NCBI GenBank assembly: GCA_004431415.1
Contig: QPMI01000017.1
Coordinates: forward strand, 744,001-808,000
Length of the DNA stretch: 64,000 bases
From: Cyanophora paradoxa CCMP329
Lineage: Eukaryota > Plantae > Glaucophyta
Reading direction: 5' to 3'
A program made the translations under genes and the position numbers. Below are positions 20,866 to 30,425 of the stretch, piece after piece. Within the stretch, counting starts at the first letter, position 1; the number at the start of each line of letters is the position of its first letter. Under the pieces are notes generated by a model. The model saw only the letters and a program-made list of their open reading frames with translations. It had not been told where the DNA came from and ran no database searches.

Positions 20866-21870
20866 TTACGCGAATCCCGCAATATTTGGATAGAAGGGGT
20901 GGGTCTCTCTCATTCTCATTTTGAAATACTCATAAATTGGATCACCGGCGGGTTCATCACCATAACGGATTTCGAATGTCAGATGCACAGGTTGACCTTC
21001 GAAATCAATTAATTCATTTTGAGCATTCACTACATCTACCGAGAGTTGTGATAGTGACATCTTCTTATTATAGTATTTATACAGCGGATTTGCTTCTGTC
21101 GAATTGTAAACAACGTGTTCCGCAAAGTCTTTATCTTGAACCGTGAGTTTATGGAAGTATCCAGTAAGGAGACCATCGGCACATTGGACGAGGTCACCCA
21201 GTTCTTTTACTCTCACAAAAAAGACGTTATCTTTGCAGGTTTCAGTGGGGAATGTTGAGATAATACCGTTTACATTTGCACCTGTAAAAACGGAGCTTGT
21301 ATCTGTTCCATAGGTCTGTGATTTAATAAACTTGTTTCCCCAGCGTCCAGCATCCAGACCCAAGATTCGAGCATGTCGTAGCGCTTTTTCGATTGCGGAA
21401 ACAGAAGGATCTTTTGCATATGAGAAGCAAATATAGAACTCCACAGGAGCATAAAAGATAACTCTTTTTTGGGTTACATCCCAACCACAGCGAATTGCAG
21501 AAGGAGGCGAGAGATTCTCAAAACGGTTATTGATTCGGGCAACGAGTTGTTGATGAGTATTGATTGGGGTTTTTAGACCTGCACCAGGTCTAATAGAACG
21601 CCAACTATCATATAGAATCTCAGGAGCATTTGCACCGGTGGATGTGGATTTTTGGCTGAAATTGATAATAAAAGCATCCTCAACTGTTGCATCACCAGGT
21701 TCTGTCTCACCGCTAATGAGTGGGATGGAGTTATAGAATTCAGCGGAGACAAGGCGAACCGCTCTTACATTCTCATACGTCTTTGGGAGATCCGCAACAA
21801 ATCGTGATGTTGGAGCATCCAGATTAGGTAGCGTTTTGAAGGAAGACACTTCAACGTATTCCACAGGCAT
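20866..21870 (-). CDS. Minor capsid protein (penton) 1
   Basis: N-terminal FVADLPKTYENVRAVRLVSAEFYNS and C-terminal LSQLSVDVVNAQNELIDFEGQPVHLTFEI, typical of single jelly-roll pentons. Confidence 0.82.
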   Translation of the reverse strand: MPVEYVEVSSFKTLPNLDAPTSRFVADLPKTYENVRAVRLVSAEFYNSIPLISGETEPGDATVEDAFIINFSQKSTSTGANAPEILYDSWRSIRPGAGLKTPINTHQQLVARINNRFENLSPPSAIRCGWDVTQKRVIFYAPVEFYICFSYAKDPSVSAIEKALRHARILGLDAGRWGNKFIKSQTYGTDTSSVFTGANVNGIISTFPTETCKDNVFFVRVKELGDLVQCADGLLTGYFHKLTVQDKDFAEHVVYNSTEANPLYKYYNKKMSLSQLSVDVVNAQNELIDFEGQPVHLTFEIRYGDEPAGDPIYEYFKMRMRETHPFYPNIAGFA

Positions 21871-21898
21871 CTTCTTTTATCTATAACCATATAATAAA

Positions 21899-22801
21899 AT
21901 GATTCGGCTTGTCAATGTCGATAGTAGAGATCGATTAGATGGACAGAAAGAAAATGCTTACAAGGTCTCACTAACCACACCAATTACCAGACCGCGACAG
22001 TGTCGTATCTTGTATGCAGAGATTCCCAACAGCATTTATAATTCGATTGGAACCGATTATATTATAGTTCGTTATAACATTGGTGGTTTCATCCTTAACC
22101 AGCAAGTATTTCCGTTACCGAGTGGTTATATCAACCAAGGACACTTTGGAGTTACTCAACCATATAATTACGGTTTAAACTACGAAGTTCTTGAAAATAC
22201 ATTCTTTAAGATATACTACAACCCGACAACATACAAGTTAGAATTTTATAGCAGCGTTCCATTCGAAATAGCAGCGTCAAACAATAGAATCGCCAAACTA
22301 CTTGGTCTTGGATCAACATTATTGGTAAGCCAGCAACACAATTTAGAAGATAACAGGTCTGTATTCGCTCCTGAGAATTACTTATCTTATGCAGGAAGAC
22401 CAATTACACCTGATCACCCACAATGGGGAATAACGTTTGAAGGCGCAGAACCGGTAGCATTGCAACACAAAGCAACAAGTCCAAAGATGGCGGATATGAA
22501 CGCTGAGCAATACTTGTATATGCATATCAAAGAACTCTCTTCTTTTGCATCGAACCACAATATAGTCCCGAAATCGCAACCGCAGAATCAAGGCGCGATC
22601 TTGCGATTACAATTGAGTCAGGACATCGGGAAGTATATCTACCATAGCGGAGAGCATGGTGAATACATAAAAATAACAGACAAAAACCTTGTTATTCGTG
22701 AATTAACAGTTGAATTTCGTGATTATTTTGGTGATCTTGTAGATATGAATGGTATCGATAATTCGTTTCAGTTGGAGTTTGTAGCTATTGGAAATGATTA
22801 G
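21899..22801 (+). CDS. Minor capsid protein (penton) 2
   Basis: VNVDSRDR...YAEIPNSIYN, YLYMHIKEL, and LTVEFRDYFGDLVDMNGIDNSFQLEF. Confidence 0.85.
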   Translation: MIRLVNVDSRDRLDGQKENAYKVSLTTPITRPRQCRILYAEIPNSIYNSIGTDYIIVRYNIGGFILNQQVFPLPSGYINQGHFGVTQPYNYGLNYEVLENTFFKIYYNPTTYKLEFYSSVPFEIAASNNRIAKLLGLGSTLLVSQQHNLEDNRSVFAPENYLSYAGRPITPDHPQWGITFEGAEPVALQHKATSPKMADMNAEQYLYMHIKELSSFASNHNIVPKSQPQNQGAILRLQLSQDIGKYIYHSGEHGEYIKITDKNLVIRELTVEFRDYFGDLVDMNGIDNSFQLEFVAIGND

Positions 22802-23433
22802 AAGCATTCCGGAAAGAAGATGCAAACAACAGGGTTCTCCTTATTGAAATTCTCTTCTTCGAGGAACCAACGCCGTCCTTTCAGCCATTTCGCCCCGTTT
22901 GCCTTAATGAATCTACGAATCGAGGGACGAGACGTAATCTTCAATCCATGCTCTTTGAACTTCGGGAAATACTGTGTAATATCTTTCTCGATAGTGAAGA
23001 AGAATCGTCTTTGAGGAACACCATTGATTTCATATTCCCGATCCACTGCAATTAAAACTTGATCAATTGTCAAACGAGAACCGATGACAAGTTGGTGGAA
23101 ATCAATTATAGTGATGAATTCAATACCCAATCCGTAGACAATGCGATCAACAACAGAGAAACTAAGATCCTGAACAGGTTCATCAGATTCAATGTCTGAA
23201 ATGTGGTAGAAATTATCGTAGTTGCACTGCACCACAATCTGTTTCGGTCGATCTTCAAGGTAACCAATTGCTTTAAATTTGGGCAGATGAGCGGGAATCC
23301 TCAGCATTCTCGAACTCGCCCGATCAAAGTAACGATCAACAGCATCATAAACTTCCATTATCTTACCGATATCGAAACGGATCTCCTCAGCAGGGATCGA
23401 GAAGATCGGGATGCCGTTGAGAGTATACGACAT
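22798..23433 (-). CDS. Hypothetical viral protein
   Basis: 211-aa ORF; 4-bp stop overlap with penton 2; shares an upstream 17-mer with the AT-hook gene. Confidence 0.7.
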   Translation of the reverse strand: MSYTLNGIPIFSIPAEEIRFDIGKIMEVYDAVDRYFDRASSRMLRIPAHLPKFKAIGYLEDRPKQIVVQCNYDNFYHISDIESDEPVQDLSFSVVDRIVYGLGIEFITIIDFHQLVIGSRLTIDQVLIAVDREYEINGVPQRRFFFTIEKDITQYFPKFKEHGLKITSRPSIRRFIKANGAKWLKGRRWFLEEENFNKENPVVCIFFPECF

Positions 23434-23689
23434 GACACTGAATTACGTCTGAGAAAATCTTTTACCCGGTTTACTCTATACTATCGCTTCTTCCTTAAAT
23501 CATTTTGGGTTGCCCACGAGCATCATTTTTTTGAAAGTAAGACCTCCGTAATATCTAAATTGATAGATGAGAGAATAACAGAGATCTTTTCAGGGTTGGA
23601 GAAAGCGGAGAAGCAGATAGCAGCGCGATTTCCGAGTTAATCACACTGAGATTTTGAAGAAATATAACATGTCTTATTGAATATCGTCA

Positions 23690-23782
23690 GGTGTAACAGG
23701 TGTAACAGGTAAATCCCAAACTTCGCTCCTAGGGAGGCCAAAAACCCAAAACTTTGGATTTACCTGTTACACCTGTTACACC
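23690..23782. repeat. Origin-like hairpin, copy 2 (inverted relative to copy 1)
   Basis: Same GGTGTAACA arms; loop resembles the reverse complement of the 13436-13467 loop. Confidence 0.85.
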
Positions 23783-23854
23783 TTGGGATTCACCTGTTAC
23801 ATCTATCAAACAAAGCATTAATATATTCGATTCCTTACATTGATTATAGTGTCA

Positions 23855-23945
23855 TGTAACAGGTGTAACAGGTGTTTCCCAAACTTTCCTCATAGGAGAT
23901 GAAAAATCCAAAACTTTGGGATTTACCTGTTACACCCGTTACACC
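23855..23945. repeat. Origin-like hairpin, copy 3
   Basis: tgtaacaggtgtaacaggtgtttcccaaa ... tttgggatttacctgttacacccgttacacc. Confidence 0.8.
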
Positions 23946-23970
23946 TTGGGATTCACCTGTTACACATTGA

Positions 23971-24350
23971 TTATCGACTGTTTAATTGGACATGTTACAC
24001 TTGAAACACAATTTTGATACAGTAAAAAACAGAATCCAATCTTATCGATTGTTTAATTGGACATAATGCAACTCTGGGGTCATTTTTGATACAGTAGAAA
24101 TTTAACAGGAATCTTATCGATTGTTTAATTGGACGTAATGCAACTCTGGGGTCATTTTTGATACAGTAAAAATCGAATCGCAATCTCATCGATTGTTTAA
24201 TTGGACATAATGCAACTCTGGGGTCATTTTTGTTTCCCGCAATCTCATCGATTATTTAATTGGACGTAATGCAACTATGGGGTCATTTTTGTTTCCCGCA
24301 ATCTCATCGATTGTTTAATTGGACGTAATGCAACTCTGTGTGAATTTTTG
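23971..24350. repeat. Subterminal tandem array, ~6 units of 59-72 bp
   Basis: Core AATCTYATCGATTGTTTAATTGGACRTAATGCAACTCTGGGGTCATTTTTG at ~23971 (partial), 24038, 24110, 24182, 24241, 24300. Confidence 0.92.
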
Positions 24351-24465
24351 CGTTTTACGATAGAATGGGAGGTGGACTACTTCAATCGTGATTATATCAC
24401 AAATTTATGTTCCGTCAATCGTGATTATATCAAATTTGCATATTAATCGCGTTTATTGCGTTAAA

Positions 24466-24765
24466 ATCACACATAGAGAAACGCGGCGTTTAAACCGGAG
24501 GCAAGATCTAATTAAGATCCAGTTATATTATTCGGAAACTTATACAAATTCACGATTGATTCGAGTAAGACAAATCGAAATTAAGATAAATTTACCATAG
24601 AACATCAATAAATTATAAATGAAATACACAAAAATCAAAATATTTAAATAATTCGATAGATTTCACACAGATTATCGATTGATTGATATAAAATATACGA
24701 GAGATATAAACAAGATCAATTAAGATAAGCCGAGGGTTTAAACGCCGCGTTTCTCTATGTGTGAT
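24466..24765. repeat. Perfect 31-bp inverted repeat (24466-24496 / 24735-24765) at the element terminus
   Basis: atcacacatagagaaacgcggcgtttaaacc and its exact reverse complement around a 238-bp AT-rich spacer. GC-rich DNA starts immediately after. Confidence 0.92.
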
Positions 24766-27700
24766 AGAAGGCCTGTCCTCGAGCCATGTCCATCTGCAAT
24801 GCAGGCGACGATCATGGTCATGAGCGTAGCTGTGGACACGAAGGGAGTCTAGACGGCTGATTATACCTCCGGCATCCGCAGGAAAGTGTCGACAAAGAGC
24901 TGCAGCAGGGGGGGCGCGAGCAGGGGCAGCGAGTGCAGCCTCCAATTGACCTTATCGGGATCCCACGCGTTCTTGCAGAGCACGCAGTTGCCGGGGTCGT
25001 CGCAGCCGTTTGGCGCACTGGCATAGTCGTCCACTCTCTGCATGTAAACCTCCTGGTGATCCAGGATGGCATCGCAGAGCCCCTGCAGCTGCTCGACGCT
25101 AAACCTGTCATCTACGATGACCGCGTCGCGACCGTCGGGGCCGCCTCCATTGCCCCCGTACAGCTGCTGGATGAGGAGACCCGACCGCTTGCAGAAGTCA
25201 TCGAGCCGGGCCACCGCGTACTCTAGCGTGGCTCTTCCTTGCCAGAAATTGTCATGAGTGTTCCTAATCCAGCGGCTGCATCGAAAGGTTCGAGTTCAGA
25301 GCGAGTGTTGGCGATAATGCTGTATGAAATTCTTTGTCGTACTCTTTGTGCATGTCCGTATTGCGAGCGAGCTGGCGCCAGCGCGCAAAGAGGGTGATCA
25401 TCGGGATGACGCCGGAGGGCCTCTTTGCAAAGTCGACGCCGAGGGCTTTTCCCAGATCGAACTCGTCGTTTTCGCTGCGCGCGACGGATCCGGAGTGGGT
25501 TAACGGGGTGGTCCGACGGTCAGATCTAGAAGGCTAGGGGGAGAGAACAGCGCGCACTCGGCGAGATAGAGGGCGACGGCGGCGAGTGTGAGGCGAGCCG
25601 CTCGCCTTGACTCCTCCAAGCCGCACTCTGCCTTCGGATTCTCGTCGTCGTCTTCCTTTACAATTGGCAATCCTTTGCAATCGGTTGGGCGAATCAGTAT
25701 AAAATGTAGCCGCGAATTGGCCCCAGCGCTAGCGCACGCTCAGAATGAACAAGGGCCACATTTGTGCGGATCTCCTGCACGTGCACGCGAGCGGAATGAG
25801 ATCGAAGTTGAACTTGCGGTCGGCATGCTATGCGAGCCCGCACCTGCAGCCACCTCTCCCACCGCTCGCCGGACCCCTCGTCGGACGCCGTGAGGACCTT
25901 GCGGACGACGCGGGCCGCCTGGACGCAGGGGCAGACCTCCCACACGAGCTCCGCCAGTCGGAGCGCGTCCGCCCGCTCCTCCTCGAGCTCCGCTACGGCA
26001 CATGCTTGGAAATTAGTCTGCCGTGCTCTCACGCGCGGCGGCGGCGAGAGCCGATTGCAAGCATGTGCACCAGATCTCGAAGTGCTGTGCTGGAGTCGCT
26101 CGCCGATCTCACCCAGAGTGAGGCGCAGCATCCACAAGCTGAACAAGCACGTTCGTTTAAATTTGCCGATGAATGTGCGGATGGATTCGGGGCTGAGAAA
26201 CGCGATTCCGATTTTTGCTGCCATGAAATAGTCGACGAAGGGCGAAATGTCATTCACAGAGTTCCCGCAGTCGACGAACTTCTGCAGGAGCGCCAAGTAC
26301 TGCTCAGATCGGGCATTGAAGGCGCTGTCGGTCAACTCCTCCGCTGGTGCTTCGTAGCGAGCGAGACAGTGCCCGAAAACACGGCGGCGCAAGGTCTGCA
26401 CACCAACTGCGTGTGTGGAGAAGCCCCAAAGCTCGGACAGACGCGGCGCAATGCGGTCCAGCAGATTGAGGCTCTCAGCCTAGGCGCCAACAGTGAGTTC
26501 AGCACGAACAAGAATTAGTGGGGCGTACTGCCCGCGCGCACGAAAGCTCCATGGTCAGGCGTGTAGGAGAACAGACAAGCAACCGCGAGGGATGCCGCAG
26601 CTTCAAGCCGGCCGCTCGACTCCAAACAGAACGCAGAATGTAGACGCCGATCGTAGCGGGCACTTCTCCACTGATGTTGACGATCAGGCACGTCAAATGT
26701 CCAGTGATAGAGATCACGTTCGCTTGCTGGCTTCCTCAAAGCGTCTCCGGATGCAGCCAGCAGACTCAAGAACATATCCGCCATGAAGCCGTCGCTGGAG
26801 CGGCTGACGGCAACGATCTCCTCTGCAGCCGAGCGCGTTTCATCGATCTCAATTCGCACTGGCTCGCGCCTGTTCGCCTCAGAGGCGTGGCCCGCGAAGA
26901 TGCACTCCAGAGCGGACGCGCTGACAGTGTCTCCGCACAGAGGCAAGACGTCGAAGGCGGCGTTGAGGAGATCCAGTGCCCTTGCGTGGGCGACGGCGTG
27001 CTTCCACGCAGCAGAGCCGTGGACGAATTTGATGAGCTTTCCACGCGGCCAAGAACCGCGAGCGCTGGCCATGGCGGCAACAATCTGCGTGTTTGTCAGC
27101 ATTCATCATATGCATATGCATGATCGCACGTATATATACGCTAAGATCTAAGAGAAAAACAGGAACGCACAAGAGGAGCTTCAAGCAATTCGTCGTACTC
27201 CTCCTCTACAGAATGTCGTTTCGTGCGAAGGAAATCCCGCTTGAAGAGAATAGCCGCACAGAACTTGCGGCGAGCAGTCGTAACATCTTTGCCACCAACG
27301 TCGCCGTCCATTTCCAGCAGAACAATGACCAGCCGTAGCGCGTCTTTGATGCAGGCCAGCGCGACCAGGCGAAGGATGCAGACGACAAGCAGCATCTCAT
27401 ACTGCTCGGCCGACGCGGGCTCGATTTCACCGAAGAGGCTGAGCGACTGCCCCCATCCAACTCGAGCTGCCAGCACCGAGAACGCAATCTCTCGGACCCT
27501 ATCAGGGCTGCAGCCGTTTGAGTAGCGGGGGCCGGCTGCAACAGGACCGAAGATGTCTTCACCGACTTTGTACAGGTACTCAAGCTCGGAGGTCCGGTTG
27601 TACACTGCAGCGACATCGCTGAAGGAGGCTGCGTAACTCGTGTAGACGGAGTGGATCTGGAAGACGCGGTTGGTGTTGTGCAGCCAGAACCTGCAAGTCA

Positions 27701-29640
27701 TCACGATCAGAGTTCGACAGATCGATAAATCTTGCCAAAATGGCGACGGCACGCAATACGATCGCGAGATGCAGCACGCGCACCTTGCTGCCAGGGCCCG
27801 TGGGACGTGCCATTGCTGTGGATGTGCACGTGAGACGTCGCCCTTACGCGTCCGCGTACTTCTTGCAGCAATCGCGAGCACATGCATGGCGCTCGGTGGC
27901 AACAGCCCCATCTTGGCCAGACGAATCAGCGCTGTCTCTAGCGCATCACTTGGCAGCCCGGCAGACGCTTTGTATGCCTGTGCCAGCGGAAGCTGCGCGA
28001 TCCGAAGGGCCCTCACCGACTCCTGCTGCAATAGCTCATGATCATGATCGCCGTGATCAACGGACGATGTCGCGATCGACGGCGATGGATTGCAGGGGCG
28101 GAGGGTGAGGCCTGCGTGCACGATCGACTGGTAGAGATAATCCGAGTCGATTGACGGGAGTCGCGAGGACGCTAGCTTCCTGCCAGCGAACGAGATGAGA
28201 GCCATGTCGAGCCAGAGACATGAGAGATGGTCTTCTGCCACTGCGCGCTGCTTCCGGAGAGTCTCGAGACTGGTGAGGAGAGAGACGCAAGCTTCTCGAA
28301 ACGCGACTAAAATTTGGAGGACATCGCTGCACTTCCCACAGACATCCAGGAAGCTGTGGGCAAGAGATGCGCTGCAGACCGTGCTTTTGCTCGAGAGTAC
28401 AAACGCTTTCTCCAGGAAGCTGTACGTGTCGATCGATGTCTCGGATCCCCCGGATCCGTGCCCGCGGAGACCGCGATGAGCCAGAGCCCGAGGAATGCTC
28501 GTGTCTTCTTGGAACAAGACGGGGAGGAGAAAGTCGACACGTTCGAGGACCGCAGCGACGGCATCCTCCGGGCGGCCGCCCTGAAGTCGAGCCGGCTCAC
28601 AACGCAGCTGGGAGAAAACACAGACGAGGCAAACGCGAACCAGCTCCTGCACTGCTGCAGCGAGGGTGCTGACGTCGCAGGCTAACCGAGACAGGTTCTC
28701 ACACTCTTGGAGCCGGCCTGCAGTTGCAATAAATATTATTTTTGACGTGATCATGAAAGCCTAAAATTAAATCTGCGCGCGAACCTCGCTCAAGAAGATA
28801 GCGACAGCGGACGTGGAGGTCTAGAATCGGCGCCTGCAGCTGTGAAGACAACGGCCAGAAAGAGGACTGGTTTCCAGCCATCGCGGAGAGCAGGAGCGGG
28901 TGGTCCCACGAGGTCTGGGCCTGCAAAGGGGTTACTAAGATAAGTGAGAATCATTATCAGAGCCTCCACGAATCAATAATTTCCAAGCGATATATACACT
29001 AGAGGAAGCTGAGCACGGACCAATCGCGCCGCCCGAACCAACACGCGCGCAGCGTGGAGCAGGACGGGCGCGTCCGAATGGAAGTCGGGATACCAAAGGA
29101 CGATGGATGCCTCGTGCGCCAACATGGAGTGGGCGTTGAAGAAGGCCGCGTCTTTCGAGCAGAGATCGGGAACCATGTCCGCCGAGAAGAGGGCGCTCGC
29201 TGCGCACAGGGCCTGGCCTCCGAGGGCTGTGCGGACTTCACAGCTCAAGCGGTCGTCAACCACCACAAGCTGCGCACGCGCCGAATCAGATTCGAACAGA
29301 AAATGAATTAGCGTCGACGTGGCATCGTGTCGTAAGCTCACGCAAAGGTTCGTCATTGTGTCGGAAAGGCAGTCCAACGCTTTCGCAACCTCGCGCTGTC
29401 GCTCGCGATCGCTGCTGTGGCGGCCGTTCTGGTGGACTCGCAGGAGGGTCGCGTCCGCAGTGTACTTGGCCAGTTCCCCCGCGAGCCTCAGCACGACCCC
29501 CGCCGCCGCCCGCAGCTGCCCGGCCGTCCTCAGCTGCTGCGCAAACGCATTGAACCGCGCCAGCAGCCTGCGCGCTCGATTCAGAGTGGCCCGTGGTCTT
29601 CAAAATTAGGGCGAGTTGGGCGGATCGCACTGCGCAAAGC
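24766..29640 (-). other. Intermediate-GC host region with unassigned minus-strand ORFs
   Basis: ORFs 24861-25214, 25694-26401, 26515-27102, 27141-28754 and 28973-29494 have protein-like composition, but I recognise no motif. Confidence 0.3.
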
Positions 29641-30039
29641 ACGACGGGTCGCCGCCGTCGAGGTGCTTGTCCTCCTCCCGCAGCTGATGCCCACAGAGTC
29701 GCGAGTAGAACGCTGGCTTGTCGAACAGCTTGGCCCCGAGCACGGGCCGGAGGGCGACGGCCGCGCCTTTCGGCGCCACGTTAGTGTGTGGTCGTTGCGT
29801 CTTCATCACGGAGTCCCGAGGAATATGGGGGTCCGACTCGGCTCGTCCGCAGCGCTTTGCGGCGCAACGCCACACCGGCTGCCGCGTGCTGTCGAAAGCT
29901 GCGAACTCAAATGCGACGGCTGCCGCTGCCAGTGTGTCGCCGATCTGATTGGAATGCTCCAGTGCCGGGGAAGGAGCACAAGAAGGGAGCTGCGAACTGG
30001 GGTGAGAAGATTGAATAGAAGAGGGGAGGGGAATACGAA

Positions 30040-30425
30040 GGGGGGTGGACGGAGGGGCGCGGCCGACCGCGCGGGGAGGGGCAGAAGGGGGAAAGTATGG
30101 ACACGAACGAACGGAACGGGGTGGAAGAGGGGGGGGGGGGGGGGAGGAGAAGGAAGAGTGGGGGGAGGGGGGTTGGGGGCTTTCAAGGGACGTCTCAGGA
30201 GGAGGTATCGGATAGAGGGAGCACAGGCGGCGGGAATAGAATGTCGATCGAGGTAGGGATACGAAAAGGCTTCCGGGGGTACCAGGCAAACGAGGCGGGA
30301 GGGTGTACCAGGTGAACGAGGCGGGTTTGTGGGGGGGGAGGGGGTACCAGGTGAACGAGGCGGTGGGGGGCTACCAGGTGAACGGGGGGGGGGGGGGGGA
30401 GGGGGAGGGGGGGAGGAAGGAGCGG
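30040..30425 (+). repeat. Poly-G/purine tract with four TACCAGGYRAACG units
   Basis: Units at ~30280, 30306, 30345 and 30372, separated by G-runs. Confidence 0.75.

Larger units (their letters stand above)
1..24765. mobile_element. Endogenous Polinton/Polinton-like virus, left end outside window
   Basis: AT-rich, intron-free block carrying rve integrase, pPolB, primpol-SF3 helicase, A32 ATPase, MCP and two pentons. Ends in repeats and an inverted repeat, then switches abruptly to GC-rich DNA after 24765. Confidence 0.93.

Noticed and set aside
297-23640. Short antisense or overlapping ORFs in the virus (e.g. 347-643, 3322-3630, 15450-15983, 23203-23640)
   Set aside because: Shadows of longer motif-bearing genes on the opposite strand.
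23971-24350. CRISPR array
   Set aside because: Inter-repeat segments are short and similar or identical to each other, there are no cas genes, and the context is a eukaryotic viral end.
1-24765. Bacterial prophage or contaminant
   Set aside because: Gene set (DJR MCP, pentons, A32 ATPase, Polinton-type pPolB, rve integrase) is eukaryotic-viral; no terminase, portal or Shine-Dalgarno pattern.
1-24765. Adenain-like maturation protease
   Set aside because: No ORF with the His-Asp/Glu-Gln-Cys pattern seen; it could lie left of the window, so absence is not established.
30275-30390. CRISPR-like repeat-spacer units
   Set aside because: Spacers are short G-runs of variable length.
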